Assembly: GCA_044225355.1 (NCBI GenBank)
Contig: JBGAIS010000001.1
Location: forward strand, 1 to 61,465
Direction: 5' to 3'
Source of the DNA: Casimicrobiaceae bacterium
GTDB lineage: Bacteria; Pseudomonadota; Gammaproteobacteria; Burkholderiales; Casimicrobiaceae
DNA: 61,465 bases
Both the position numbers and the translations under genes were made by a program. Within the stretch, counting starts at the first letter, position 1; each line of letters starts with the position of its first letter. The notes under the pieces were generated by a model that saw only the letters and a program-made list of their open reading frames with translations, was not told the origin of the DNA and made no database searches. Below are positions 39,715 through 49,941 of the stretch, piece after piece.

Positions 39715-41166
39715 CGCCGATCCGTCGCTCGAGCAGGCCTTCAAGCCGCTGTTCGAGCCGCGCAGCATCGCCATCGTCGGCGCGTCGAGCTCCGCTCGCA
39801 CGCGCGCCAACGACGTCCTCGATTTCGCGCTCGAGATGGGCTTCGCGGGCGATGTCTATCCCATTCATCCCACGGCTGCGAAGATCTCGGGCGTACGGGC
39901 GTATCGCTCGTTCGCAGAGTGCCCCACCGAAATCGACTACGCGTTCATCGCCATCGCCGCGGACAAGGTGCCCGATCTCCTCGAGCGCGGCGGCGAGCGC
40001 GTGCGCTTCGCGCAGATCATGTCGAGCGGCTTCGGCGAGACGGCCGACGGTGAGGCGCTCAATCGTCGGCTCCTCGAGGTCGCGCGGCGCAAGGGTGTGC
40101 GCATCGTCGGTCCCAATTGCCTCGGCACGTACTCGCCGCGCGGGCGCATCGCGTACATCCGCGACTGCCCCAAGGAGGCGGGCCCAGTGGGCATCGCCAT
40201 GCAAAGCGGCGGCATCTCGACCGACATGCTTCGCCGCGGCGTCCAGCGCGGCCTGCGCTACAGCGGCGTCGTGTCGATCGGCAACTGCGCCGACCTCACG
40301 CCCTCCGACTTCCTCGAGTATTTCCTGGCCGACCGCGGCGCGAGCCATCGGTTTCTACCTCGAGTCCCTGCCGGACGCCGCCGCTTCTTCGAGGCGCTGC
40401 GCGACGCGCCGTGAAGCCCGTCGTCATCCTGAAGGGCGGCCGCACGCGCCAGGGGCAGCGCGCGGCGTCGACGCATACCGGCGCGATGGGCGGCGATGAT
40501 CGCCTGTGGACGGCGCTGTCGCGACAGACCGGCGTTACGCTCGTCGAGACGGTCGACGAGCTCATCGACACACTGATGGCATTCCAGTGCATGGAGCCGC
40601 GGCTCGACCGGCCAGGCGACGGCGCGTTCGTCATCGGCAACGGCGGAGGCGCCTCGGTGCTCGCCACCGACCGCATGTCGAGGCTCGGCATGCGCGTCGT
40701 CGAGGTGTCGGCGCGCACGAAGGAGGCGCTCGAGGCCATGCGCCTGCCGCCGGGCACGTCCGTGAACAATCCGTTCGACGCGCCGTCGGGTGCCCTGCGC
40801 CTCGACGATGGCCGCATCTCGTCACGGCTCCTGCACGCGATCGCGAGCGAGGAACTCCCGGACGCGATCGTGTTCCATATCAACATGCCGCAGTTCCTCA
40901 CCAATCCCAGCATCCCGGCGTCGGTCCTCGACAACCTGGTCGACGGCGCTATCGACGCACATGGCGCCGACGCCGCGCGCGCTCCGATGCTCCTCGTTCT
41001 GCGCTCGGATGGCTCCGAGGCCGTGGACGCCCGCAAGCGTGAAGCCCGAGCGCGCGCGCTCGCGGCCGGCATCCCGGTGTACGACGAGATCGCGCAGGCG
41101 CTGGGCGCGCTGCGCCACTTCCAGAGGTACGAGCAGTTCAGGAGCGAGTCCCGCGCCTCGGCGTGA
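39704..41166 (+). CDS. ADP-forming acyl-CoA synthetase, CoA-binding (alpha) subunit, frameshift near 40340-40410
   Basis: PRSIAIVGAS, VGPNCLG, QSGG, SIGNCAD, KGGRT, STHTGAM (phospho-His), NNPFD. Confidence 0.87.
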
Positions 41167-41202
41167 ACCCGCGGTCGGCTCCGGCGCGACCCGGGTTACG
41201 CC

Positions 41203-41251
41203 TTGACACGGTCCACCCGATGCAACCAGAATGATCAAAACATTCGAATGA
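41203..41251 (+). promoter_or_regulatory. sigma70 promoter (TTGACA-18-CAGAAT) followed by operator ACATTCGAATGA
   Basis: -35 at 41203-41208, -10 at 41227-41232, operator at 41240-41251. Confidence 0.72.
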
Positions 41252-41275
41252 CACGCAGGACCAGGAGGATCGAAG

Positions 41276-42148
41276 TTGGCAGAGGATACGGCGACGGCGG
41301 ACCGCTCCGCCCGGCGCGGCGGACCGGTCGCGTCGAAGGGCGCCGAGGCTGAGCGGACGGATGCGCCGCCGGCGGTGCCCGGCCGCTCGGCCGCGCGCTT
41401 CCTCGTCCCGTGGCTCGGTATCGCGGGCCTCATCGCCATCTGGTCCCTCGTGTCGTGGTCCGGCGCGCTCAACGAGCTCCTCCTGCCTTCTCCGCTCGCG
41501 GTGGTCCGCGCGGGGATCGAGGAAGCCGCGAGCGGCGTCCTCACCGCCAACATCCTCATCAGCCTGAAGCGCGTGCTCACGGGCTACGCGCTCGCGGTCG
41601 CGGTGGGCGTGGGGCTCGGACTCTTCGTCGGATGGAACGACACGCTGTACAAGGCGCTCAACCCCGCCATCGAGGCGCTGCGTCCCATCCCGCCCATCGC
41701 GTGGGTGCCGCTCGCCATCCTGTGGTTCGGCCTCACCGATCGCGCCGCGTATTACATCGTGTTCATCGGGCCGGTGTTCCCCATCTTCGTCACCACGGCG
41801 GCGGCGGTGCGCGCGACGGGCCGTCATTACGTCAATGCGGCGGAGTGCCTGGGCGCCACCCAGTGGGCGCTGCTGACGAAGATCATCCTGCCGGGCGCCA
41901 TGCCCGAGATCTTCACGGCGCTTCGCGTGGGGATCGCGGTGGCCTGGACGTGCGTGGTCGCGGCGGAGCTCGTCGCGGCGCAGTCGGGACTCGGCTACCA
42001 GATGTGGCAAAGCCGCGAGCTCTTCAAATCGGCCAACGTCATCTTCGGGATGGTGATGATCGGAGCGCTGGGATTCGTGAGCAACTACCTCGTGCTCCTC
42101 ATCGAGAAGCGCGTGCTCCGGTGGCACCGCGGAGCGGTCGCGCGATGA
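41276..42148 (+). CDS. ABC permease, SsuC/TauC/NitT family
   Basis: LPSPLAV, LRPIPPIAWVPLAILWFG, VVAAELV, GLGY. Confidence 0.92.
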   Translation: MAEDTATADRSARRGGPVASKGAEAERTDAPPAVPGRSAARFLVPWLGIAGLIAIWSLVSWSGALNELLLPSPLAVVRAGIEEAASGVLTANILISLKRVLTGYALAVAVGVGLGLFVGWNDTLYKALNPAIEALRPIPPIAWVPLAILWFGLTDRAAYYIVFIGPVFPIFVTTAAAVRATGRHYVNAAECLGATQWALLTKIILPGAMPEIFTALRVGIAVAWTCVVAAELVAAQSGLGYQMWQSRELFKSANVIFGMVMIGALGFVSNYLVLLIEKRVLRWHRGAVAR

Positions 42149-42927
42149 GCGCCGTGAACTCGATCGACGTCGCGGACCTCACCGTTTCCTACGGCAAGGG
42201 CGACGACCGCCGGCCGGCGTGCACGCGCGTGTCGTTCTCCGCCACGCGCGGCGAGTTCATCGGCATCGTGGGCTCGAGCGGCTGCGGCAAGACCACGCTT
42301 CTCAACGCCGTCGCGGGCTTCGTCAAGCCGAGCGCGGGCACGGTCCTCGTCAAGGGCGTGCCGCTCACGAGGCCGACCGCGAACGTTACGATGGTCTTCC
42401 AGTCTTACGCGCTCTTCCCGTGGATGACGGTCGAGAAAAACCTGATGTTCGGCCTCAGGATGAAGGGCGTGCGCGGCGCGGAGGCCGCGGCCGCCGTCGA
42501 CAAGTACCTCGCCATGACGGGCCTGCGCGGCACGCAGTCGCTCTACCCCTACCAGCTTTCCGGCGGCATGCAGCAGCGCGTGGCGCTCGCCCGCGCGCTC
42601 GCCATCGATCCCGAGATCGTGCTCATGGACGAGCCGTTCGCGGCGGTCGACCTGCAGACGCGCGAGGATTTGCAGGACGAGCTGGGCGCCATCACCGGCA
42701 AGACCGCGCAGACCGTGCTCCTCGTCACGCACTCGGTGGACGAGGCCGTCTACCTGAGCGACCGCGTGCTGATGATGGGCGGCAAGCCCGGGCGCATCGT
42801 CAGGACGTACGACGTGCCGCTCGCGCGGCCGCGCCGGCGCGAGATGCGATCTTCGGCCGAGTTCCTCGCGATCCGCGACGCCATCTCGGCGGACCTGCGA
42901 GCCGTTTCGACACCCAAGGAGGCGTAG
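42145..42927 (+). CDS. ABC ATPase, SsuB/TauB family
   Basis: [39 protein letters not shown]. Confidence 0.93.
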   Translation: MSAVNSIDVADLTVSYGKGDDRRPACTRVSFSATRGEFIGIVGSSGCGKTTLLNAVAGFVKPSAGTVLVKGVPLTRPTANVTMVFQSYALFPWMTVEKNLMFGLRMKGVRGAEAAAAVDKYLAMTGLRGTQSLYPYQLSGGMQQRVALARALAIDPEIVLMDEPFAAVDLQTREDLQDELGAITGKTAQTVLLVTHSVDEAVYLSDRVLMMGGKPGRIVRTYDVPLARPRRREMRSSAEFLAIRDAISADLRAVSTPKEA

Positions 42928-42930
42928 TCC

Positions 42931-43947
42931 ATGGATATGAAGAACGCAATGAGGAAGTGGGCGTCGGCGGCGGCAGCCGCGGCGCTCGTGTCGGGTGCTG
43001 CCCTTGCCGCCGATCCGCCGGTCGTGCGCTTCGCCGCCTGCGGCACGTGCACGGCGCAGGGCGTCGAAGGCCTCATCATCAAGCAGACGAACATCAGCGA
43101 GCTCGTCGGCGCCAACATCAACGTGCTCTTCCTCAACCCCCCGCAGATGGGCGCGGGGGTCGCGAGCGACTCGCTCGACGTCGAGTTCGTGGGCGCGCAG
43201 CCCGCGCTCGCGCAGCTGGCCAACAACATCCCGATCAAGATCGTCGCGTTCATGTACGACTTCGAGCTGCGGCTCGAGGCGATGCCGTCGATCAAGTCGG
43301 TTGCCGACCTCAAGGACAAGAAGATCGGCGTGCCCTTCGGCACCACGGCGTACAAGTTCGCCTCCGAGATCGCCCTGCGCCACGGCATTCCCGCGTCGGC
43401 GCTCGTCAACGTCGCCCCGGCGGACATCGGCAACGCGCTCGCCGGCGGCCAGGTCTCCGCGGGTGTGATCTGGGACCCGCTGTGGGGCGTGCTCGAGAAG
43501 ACGCAGAAGACCGTTCCGCTCGAGAAGGAGAATCACACGGGCTTCACCGCGATGCGCGGGAAGTTCCTCGAGCAGAACCGCGACGCCGCGGTGCGCTTCG
43601 TCGCCGCGCAGATCCTCGCCGTGGCGTTCCGCGGGGCCAACGCGGCGGAGGCCGACAAGCGCTACGAAGCGGCGTTCGGCGTGCCGGCGGACGTCGCGGC
43701 GGCCGCGCAGGCCATCGACCGCAGTCGCGGCTGGAAGACGGTCGAGCAGGTCAATCTCGCCATCTCGCCGGGCGACGTCAAGGACCTCAAGGACACGATG
43801 GCCTTCGTCGTGAAGGAAAAGCTCATCCCGAAGGAAGTCAACATCGAGGCGGCCATCGACCCGTCCCTCCTCAAGGACGCGCAGCAGCTCCTCGCGTCGA
43901 AGAAGATCACGGTGGACCAGGTCCGCTACGTCAACAACTCGAAGTAG
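42931..43947 (+). CDS. ABC substrate-binding protein, SsuA/TauA/NMT1-like
   Basis: Signal peptide; SVADLKDKKIGVPFGTT; IWDP. Confidence 0.85.
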   Translation: MDMKNAMRKWASAAAAAALVSGAALAADPPVVRFAACGTCTAQGVEGLIIKQTNISELVGANINVLFLNPPQMGAGVASDSLDVEFVGAQPALAQLANNIPIKIVAFMYDFELRLEAMPSIKSVADLKDKKIGVPFGTTAYKFASEIALRHGIPASALVNVAPADIGNALAGGQVSAGVIWDPLWGVLEKTQKTVPLEKENHTGFTAMRGKFLEQNRDAAVRFVAAQILAVAFRGANAAEADKRYEAAFGVPADVAAAAQAIDRSRGWKTVEQVNLAISPGDVKDLKDTMAFVVKEKLIPKEVNIEAAIDPSLLKDAQQLLASKKITVDQVRYVNNSK

Positions 43948-43960
43948 GCACGGAAGACCG

Positions 43961-44719
43961 ATGGCAGCGGACAAGGACTCGAAGGTCGTCATCATCACGG
44001 GCGCGGCGCAGGGCATCGGCCGCGCCGTCGCGGCGGGATTCGTGAAGGCGGGATGGCGCGTGGCGCTGGCCGACGTCCAGCTCGACAAGGTGCGCGAGGC
44101 GAGCGAGGCGATCGGCGCGCCCGATCGCACGTGCGCCGTCCGCATGGACGTCGTCGACGAGGCGAGCGTGGCGGAAGGCGTGGCGGAGGTCGAGCGGCGC
44201 TTCGGGCGCATCGACGCGCTCATCAACAACGCGGCGCTCTTCACGCAGCTTCGCCGGCAGCCGTTGACGGACACGACGCTCGCCGACTGGCGGCGCGTGA
44301 TGGACGTCAACCTCGCCGGACCGTTCATCACCACGCGCGCGGTGGTCGAGCCCATGAAGCGCGCCGGCGGCGGCAGCATCGTCAACATCGCGACCGTGGG
44401 TATCTATCACGGCACGAACGAGCTCATCCACTACAACGCGTCGAAAGCCGGCATCATCGGCCTCACGCGTACGTCGGCGGCGGAGCTCGGCCGCCACGGC
44501 ATCCGCGTCAACACCATCGCGCCCGGCAGCACGGCCACCGAGGCCGTGATGGCGGTGAGCTCGCCGGAGCGTCTCGCGGAGCGGGCGAAGAAGCGCTGCC
44601 TGCCGCGCATCCAGACGCCCGACGATCTCCTGGGCCCGCTCCTCTTCTTCGCGTCCGACCAGAGCGCGTTCATCACGGGGCAGCTCCTCAACGTCGATGG
44701 CGGCGAGTTCTTTCACTAG
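43961..44719 (+). CDS. SDR oxidoreductase (probably NAD-dependent)
   Basis: TGAAQGIG, Asp after beta-2 (ALADV), NNAA, YNASK, IRVNTIAPG. Confidence 0.92.
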   Translation: MAADKDSKVVIITGAAQGIGRAVAAGFVKAGWRVALADVQLDKVREASEAIGAPDRTCAVRMDVVDEASVAEGVAEVERRFGRIDALINNAALFTQLRRQPLTDTTLADWRRVMDVNLAGPFITTRAVVEPMKRAGGGSIVNIATVGIYHGTNELIHYNASKAGIIGLTRTSAAELGRHGIRVNTIAPGSTATEAVMAVSSPERLAERAKKRCLPRIQTPDDLLGPLLFFASDQSAFITGQLLNVDGGEFFH

Positions 44720-44744
44720 CAGGGCAGCACGGGAGACGGGCGGC

Positions 44745-46253
44745 ATGAACGATTCGACAGCGGTGGCGAAGGTCACCGCCTATCAACTCTACATCGGCGG
44801 CGAGTGGGTGCCTGCGCTGTCGGGCGCGCGCTTCGAAAGCGTCAATCCCTACAACGGCGAAGTGTGCGCGACGCTCGCCGACGCGGGGGCGGAGGACGTC
44901 GCCCGCGCCGTGTCCAGCGCCCGCGCTGCGTTCGACACCGGGCCCTGGGGCCGCATGAGCGGCTACGAGCGCGGGCGGCTCATGAACAAGCTCGCCGACG
45001 TGATGGAGTCGCGCGCGGACGACATCGCCCGCGTCGAGACCATCGACAATGGCAAGGTCATCCGGGAGACGACGTCGCACGCGCGCTTCGCCGTGCGCAG
45101 CTACCGCTACTTCGCGGGGCTCGCCGACAAGATCATGGGGCACGTGATCCCGCTCGACCAGTCGACGCTGTTCGACTACACGCTGCGCGAGCCGATGGGC
45201 GTGTGCGGACTCATCCTCGCGTGGAACTCGCCCATGAGCCTCCTCGCGAACAAGCTGGCCCCGGCGCTGGCGGCGGGCAACACCGTCGTCGTGAAGCCGT
45301 CGGAGCACGCGTCGGCGTCGGTGCTCGAGTTCTCGCGCTGCGTCGAAGCCGCCGGCTTCCCGCCGGGCGTCTTCAACGTCATCACCGGCAACGGACCGGC
45401 CTCGGGCCAGGCGCTCGCGGGCGACGACCGCGTGGACCTCCTGAGCCTCACCGGCGGCACGCAGGGCGGCCGCGCGGTCGGCGCCACCGCGGCGGAGCAC
45501 CTGACGCGCCTGCTGCTCGAGCTCGGCGGCAAGTCGCCGCACATCATCTTCGACGACGCGGACATCGAGCGCGCGGTGCCCGGCGTGCTCGCCGGCGTGT
45601 TCGGCGCGGCGGGCCAGACGTGCATCGCGGGATCGAGGCTGCTCCTGCACGACTCGATCTACGACAGCTTCCTCGACAAGCTCATCGCTCGCGTGCGCGA
45701 CATCAAGCTCGGCAACCCGCTCGATCCCGCCACCGAGATGGGACCACTCGCCAATCGCGTGCAGTACGAGCGCGTCGACCGCCTCGTGAAGGGTGCTCTC
45801 GACAGTGGCGCCAAGGCGGCGTGCGGCGGCCGCCAGGTGTTGTCCGGCGAGCTCGGGCGCGGCTACTTCTTCGAGCCGACCATCTTCGTCGACGCGAGCA
45901 ACGCGATGAAGATCGCGCGCGAGGAGGTGTTCGGCCCGGTGCTGACGGTCCTGCGCTTCCGCGACGACGAAGAGGCGCTGCGCATCGCCAACGACACGCC
46001 GTTCGGCCTCGCTTCCGGTATCTGGACGCGCGACATGGCGCGCGCGTTCAGGTTCAGCAAGAGCCTGCGGTCGGGCACGGTGTGGGTCAACACCTATCGC
46101 GCGATCTCGCCCGCCGCGCCCTTCGGCGGGTACAAGAAGAGCGGCATCGGCCGCGAGCGTGGCGTGGACGCGCTGCTCGAGTACACGCAGGTGAAGAACG
46201 TGATGATCGACTACTCCTCCGACAGCCGCGATCCGTTCGCCGTGCGCACCTGA
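44745..46253 (+). CDS. Aldehyde dehydrogenase
   Basis: AWNSP, KPSE, LELGGKSP, GQTCIAG, EEVFGP, PFGGYKKSG. Confidence 0.95.
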   Translation: MNDSTAVAKVTAYQLYIGGEWVPALSGARFESVNPYNGEVCATLADAGAEDVARAVSSARAAFDTGPWGRMSGYERGRLMNKLADVMESRADDIARVETIDNGKVIRETTSHARFAVRSYRYFAGLADKIMGHVIPLDQSTLFDYTLREPMGVCGLILAWNSPMSLLANKLAPALAAGNTVVVKPSEHASASVLEFSRCVEAAGFPPGVFNVITGNGPASGQALAGDDRVDLLSLTGGTQGGRAVGATAAEHLTRLLLELGGKSPHIIFDDADIERAVPGVLAGVFGAAGQTCIAGSRLLLHDSIYDSFLDKLIARVRDIKLGNPLDPATEMGPLANRVQYERVDRLVKGALDSGAKAACGGRQVLSGELGRGYFFEPTIFVDASNAMKIAREEVFGPVLTVLRFRDDEEALRIANDTPFGLASGIWTRDMARAFRFSKSLRSGTVWVNTYRAISPAAPFGGYKKSGIGRERGVDALLEYTQVKNVMIDYSSDSRDPFAVRT

Positions 46254-46273
46254 GCGGGACGGGCACGACGATC

Positions 46274-47209
46274 ATGGCAGCGCAGCCCAGGCCGGCGGCG
46301 AGCGAGACCGAGGAGTCGGTCACGCTCATCGACACGCATCATCACTTCTGGGATCTCGATCGCCATTACTACCCGTGGCTCAGCGACGAGCCGTTGCCGC
46401 ACTTCTTCATGGGCAACTACGATGGCCTCAAGCGCAACTTCCTCCCCGAGGACTACAGGCGGGAGATGAAAGCGCACAACGTGCTCAAGACCGTGCACGT
46501 CGAGGCCGAGTGGGATCGACGCGACCAGGTGGGCGAGACGCGCTGGCTTACGCTTCTCCACGAGCGCTGCGGGATGCCCGACGCGATCGTCGCTCACGCA
46601 TGGTTCGATACCGACGATGCCGAGGAGGTCCTCGCCGCGCAGGCGGCGTTCCCCCTCGTGCGCGGCATCCGCTCCAAGCCGGTGACGTCACTGCGCCCGG
46701 ACGCCATGACGCCGGGTGCGAAAGGCACGATGCAGGACTCGCGATGGCTGCGCGGCTTCGCGCTCCTCGAGAGACATCGTCTCACCTGGGACCTGCGCGT
46801 CCCGCCGTGGCACCTGCACGAGGCCGCAGAGGTCGCGGCGATGTTCCCGCGCATCGGCATCGCGCTCAACCACACGGGCTTTCCGTGGGACCGCAGCGAG
46901 GCGGGGCTCGCGGCGTGGCGCGCCGGCATGGAGGCGCTCGCGCGCCAGCCCAACGTTCACCTCAAGGTCTCGGAGTTCGGCCTCAAGGACACGCCGTGGG
47001 ACTACGAGTCCAACCGCCGCGTGGTTCATGAGGCGCTCTCGATATTCGGCGTCGAGCGCTGCATGTTCGGCTCCGACACGCCCGTGTCCGGGCTGCGCAT
47101 CGCCTTCGATCCCCTCGTGCGCGCCATGAAGCGCATGGTCGCCCACTTGCCGGGCGAGGCGCAGGAGCGCTTCTTCTGGCGCAACGCGCAAGCCTTCTAT
47201 CGCCTATGA
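46274..47209 (+). CDS. Amidohydrolase-2 family protein (LigI / sugar-lactonase-like)
   Basis: DTHHHFWD, YPWL, VRGIR, LNHTG, PNVHLKVS, MFGSD. Confidence 0.85.
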   Translation: MAAQPRPAASETEESVTLIDTHHHFWDLDRHYYPWLSDEPLPHFFMGNYDGLKRNFLPEDYRREMKAHNVLKTVHVEAEWDRRDQVGETRWLTLLHERCGMPDAIVAHAWFDTDDAEEVLAAQAAFPLVRGIRSKPVTSLRPDAMTPGAKGTMQDSRWLRGFALLERHRLTWDLRVPPWHLHEAAEVAAMFPRIGIALNHTGFPWDRSEAGLAAWRAGMEALARQPNVHLKVSEFGLKDTPWDYESNRRVVHEALSIFGVERCMFGSDTPVSGLRIAFDPLVRAMKRMVAHLPGEAQERFFWRNAQAFYRL

Positions 47210-48354
47210 ATCTCTCCGGACAGTTCTCCGGGCCGACGCAGGTGGTGTTCGGCCCCGACAGCCTCAAGAGCCTCGCCGGCCTGGCGGAAGGCTTCGGCGC
47301 GACGCGCGTGCTCGTCGTGGTCGACGAGCATGTGGCCTCGCATCCTTTGATCCTGGGCGCGCTCGACGCGCTTCGCGCGCGGCGGACGGTGAGCGTCGCG
47401 ACGCACGACGGCTCCGAGCCTTCGCTCGACCAGGCGAGGGCACTGGCGCGCGTCGACGTCGAGGGCGTGGGTCTCGTCGTGGCGGTGGGCGGCGGCAGCA
47501 CGCTCGACATCGCCAAGGCCGTGTCGCTCGCGGTGGCCGCGCGCGGGCGCCCCCTCGAGAGCTTCGAGGGGGCGGCGCAGCTCGACTTCGATCCGATGCC
47601 CATGGTCGCGATCCCCACCACGGCCGGGACGGGCAGCGAGGTCACGGGATCGTGCGTGCTTGCCGACGAAGCCTCCGACCGCAAGATATCGATCCGCAGC
47701 CCGAAGCTCCTGCCGCGCGCGGCGGTGCTCGAGCCCGCGCTTCTCGCGAGCGTTCCCAAGCGGGTGATCCGCGCGAGCGGCATCGACGCCCTCGCGCATG
47801 CGCTCGAGGCGTACCACTCGACGCGCGCGAGCGTCGTCACCGACGCGCTGGCGCTCGGCGCCATTCGGCTCGTGAGCGAGTCGCTCGTCGACTACTACCG
47901 CGATCCCGCCAATCGCGATGCCGCGGCGTCGATGCAGATCGCCGCCTGCATGGCCGGCATGGCGTTCAACAGCGCGCGCGTCGGCCTCGCGCACGCCGTC
48001 GCGTCCGCCATCGGCCTGCTGACGGGGCTCTCGCACGGCGACTGCGTGGGGCTGGGCCTGCGCACCGCCATGCGCGTCAACGTGGCCACGCGCGCGGCCG
48101 ATCGCCGGCAGCTCCTGTTCAACATCGGCCGCGAAGGCGTGGCGGACGAGCGCTGGATCGACGCGGTGCACGAGTGGCTCGACGCCCTGTACGCCGCGCT
48201 GGAGTTCCCCGCCAGCGCTTCCGCGGCGGGCCGCGCGTTCGAGGTCGACGACGGCATCGTCGACAACATCATGCGAAGCGGGCGCCTCGACACCAATCCC
48301 GTGAAGCTCGGCGCCCCCGAGCTCCGACGCATCCTCGAGGGAATCCGCGGCTGA
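47206..48354 (+). CDS. Iron-containing alcohol dehydrogenase
   Basis: GGGSTLDIAK, PTTAGTGSEVT, DALAHALEAY, GLAHAVAS, HG. Confidence 0.93.
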   Translation: MNLSGQFSGPTQVVFGPDSLKSLAGLAEGFGATRVLVVVDEHVASHPLILGALDALRARRTVSVATHDGSEPSLDQARALARVDVEGVGLVVAVGGGSTLDIAKAVSLAVAARGRPLESFEGAAQLDFDPMPMVAIPTTAGTGSEVTGSCVLADEASDRKISIRSPKLLPRAAVLEPALLASVPKRVIRASGIDALAHALEAYHSTRASVVTDALALGAIRLVSESLVDYYRDPANRDAAASMQIAACMAGMAFNSARVGLAHAVASAIGLLTGLSHGDCVGLGLRTAMRVNVATRAADRRQLLFNIGREGVADERWIDAVHEWLDALYAALEFPASASAAGRAFEVDDGIVDNIMRSGRLDTNPVKLGAPELRRILEGIRG

Positions 48355-48370
48355 CGCCGCGGCGCACCGC

Positions 48371-49168
48371 GTGAACGGCGCCGCCGAAGCCCGCTCGACG
48401 AGCGCGTCCGCCGCGGCGGACCCGCAGGCGCTCGTCGTGGTGGACGACGTCTCCATCTGGTACGGCGACGACGCCAAGGGTCCCGTGCTGCGCGACGTGA
48501 GCCTCTCCGCCCGCGAGGGCGAGTTCGTGTGCCTCGTGGGCCCGAGCGGCTGCGGGAAGTCGACGCTCCTGAAGGCGATCGCGGGATTCACGCCCGTCGG
48601 ACGCGGCAGCATCCGAGTGCGCGGCGCCGAGGTTCGGGGGCCGGGCTCCGATCGCGGCATGGTGTTCCAGGAGTTCGCGCTCTTCCCCTGGCTCACGGTG
48701 GAGCAGAACGTCCTCTTCGGCGACAAGGCCTCGGCAGGCTCGGCGAGCCAGCGGCGGGAGCGCGCGACGCACTACCTGGACCTCGTGGGCCTCGCCAAGT
48801 ATCGCGACTACCATCCGTCCCAGCTTTCGGGAGGCATGCGCCAGCGGGTGGCGCTCGCCCGGGCGTGGGCCAACCAGCCGATGGTCCTGCTGATGGACGA
48901 GCCTTTCGGCGCGCTCGACGCGCGGACGCGGCAGGAGCTGCAGGATACGCTCCTGCGCATCTTCGAGGACGAGCGCACGCTGTGCTTCTTCGTCACGCAC
49001 GATACGAGCGAGGCGGTCTACCTCGGCGATCGCGTGCTCGTGCTGCACGCAGGCGGCGAGGAGCGGCAGGATTGGCCCGTGGGCATCGCGCGACCGCGCG
49101 ACCGGCATTCCGAGTCCGTTCGCATGCGCGTGCAGGACCTCGACCGTCTCGCATGGGAGGCGAAGTGA
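48371..49168 (+). CDS. ABC ATPase, SsuB/TauB family
   Basis: [37 protein letters not shown]. Confidence 0.93.
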   Translation: MNGAAEARSTSASAAADPQALVVVDDVSIWYGDDAKGPVLRDVSLSAREGEFVCLVGPSGCGKSTLLKAIAGFTPVGRGSIRVRGAEVRGPGSDRGMVFQEFALFPWLTVEQNVLFGDKASAGSASQRRERATHYLDLVGLAKYRDYHPSQLSGGMRQRVALARAWANQPMVLLMDEPFGALDARTRQELQDTLLRIFEDERTLCFFVTHDTSEAVYLGDRVLVLHAGGEERQDWPVGIARPRDRHSESVRMRVQDLDRLAWEAK

Positions 49169-49941
49169 GCGCGCCGGCGCACGAGCGCTCCGCCATGCGC
49201 GCCAACCTGATGCGCGCGCTGCCCTGGCTCAGCATCGCGGGCGTGGTCGTCGCGTGGGGCATCTTGTCCCGCGTCATGAGCAATCCGCAGGTGCTGCCGG
49301 GGCCCGGCGCCACGGCCGAGGCCGCGTGGAAGCTCCTCGCGGACGGATCGCTTCCGAGCGACATCGCCGCGAGCCTGACGCGCGTGATCGAGGGCTGGCT
49401 CATCGCGCTCGCGGTGGCCATCCCCCTCGGCGGCGCGATGGGGCGCATCGAGCCCATCCGCCGCACGTTCGGCACGCTGATCGAGCTCGTCCGGCCCATT
49501 CCGCCCATCGCGATGGTGCCCATCGCCATCCTCTGGTTCGGCATCGGATGGGCGTCGCAGCTCTTCATCGTCTCGTACGGCGCGTTCTTCCCGATGGTGA
49601 TCGGCGTGTACGACGCGTTCCGCAACGTCGACAGGCTCTACGAGCAGGCGGCGCGGAGCCTCGGATGCAACGGCGTCGCGCTCTTCAGGCGCGTCGTCGT
49701 GATGGCCGCGCTGCCGAGCGTCATATCGTCCATGCGCGTGGGACTGGGACTCGCGTTCGTGTCGCTCGTCGCGGCGGAGCTCATTGCGGCCAGCACGGGC
49801 CTCGGCGCGCTCATCGCCAATTCGCGCGTGACGTTCCAGACCGACCACATGCTGGTCGGCATGATCACGATCGGCATCATCGGGTTCCTGCTGGGATGGG
49901 TGATGCAGAAGATCGAGAAGCGCGTGCTGCGCTGGCGCTAG
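49165..49941 (+). CDS. ABC permease, SsuC/TauC family
   Basis: VRPIPPIAMVPIAILWFG, LVAAELI. Confidence 0.9.
   Translation: MSAPAHERSAMRANLMRALPWLSIAGVVVAWGILSRVMSNPQVLPGPGATAEAAWKLLADGSLPSDIAASLTRVIEGWLIALAVAIPLGGAMGRIEPIRRTFGTLIELVRPIPPIAMVPIAILWFGIGWASQLFIVSYGAFFPMVIGVYDAFRNVDRLYEQAARSLGCNGVALFRRVVVMAALPSVISSMRVGLGLAFVSLVAAELIAASTGLGALIANSRVTFQTDHMLVGMITIGIIGFLLGWVMQKIEKRVLRWR

Noticed and set aside
3858-41166. Programmed frameshifting as the cause of the many split genes
   Set aside because: Breaks are scattered over unrelated genes and lack slippery heptamers; sequencing indels are more parsimonious.
44804-47209. 801-aa ORF extending the amidohydrolase
   Set aside because: The upstream part is a shadow frame over the aldehyde dehydrogenase; the real start is near 46274.
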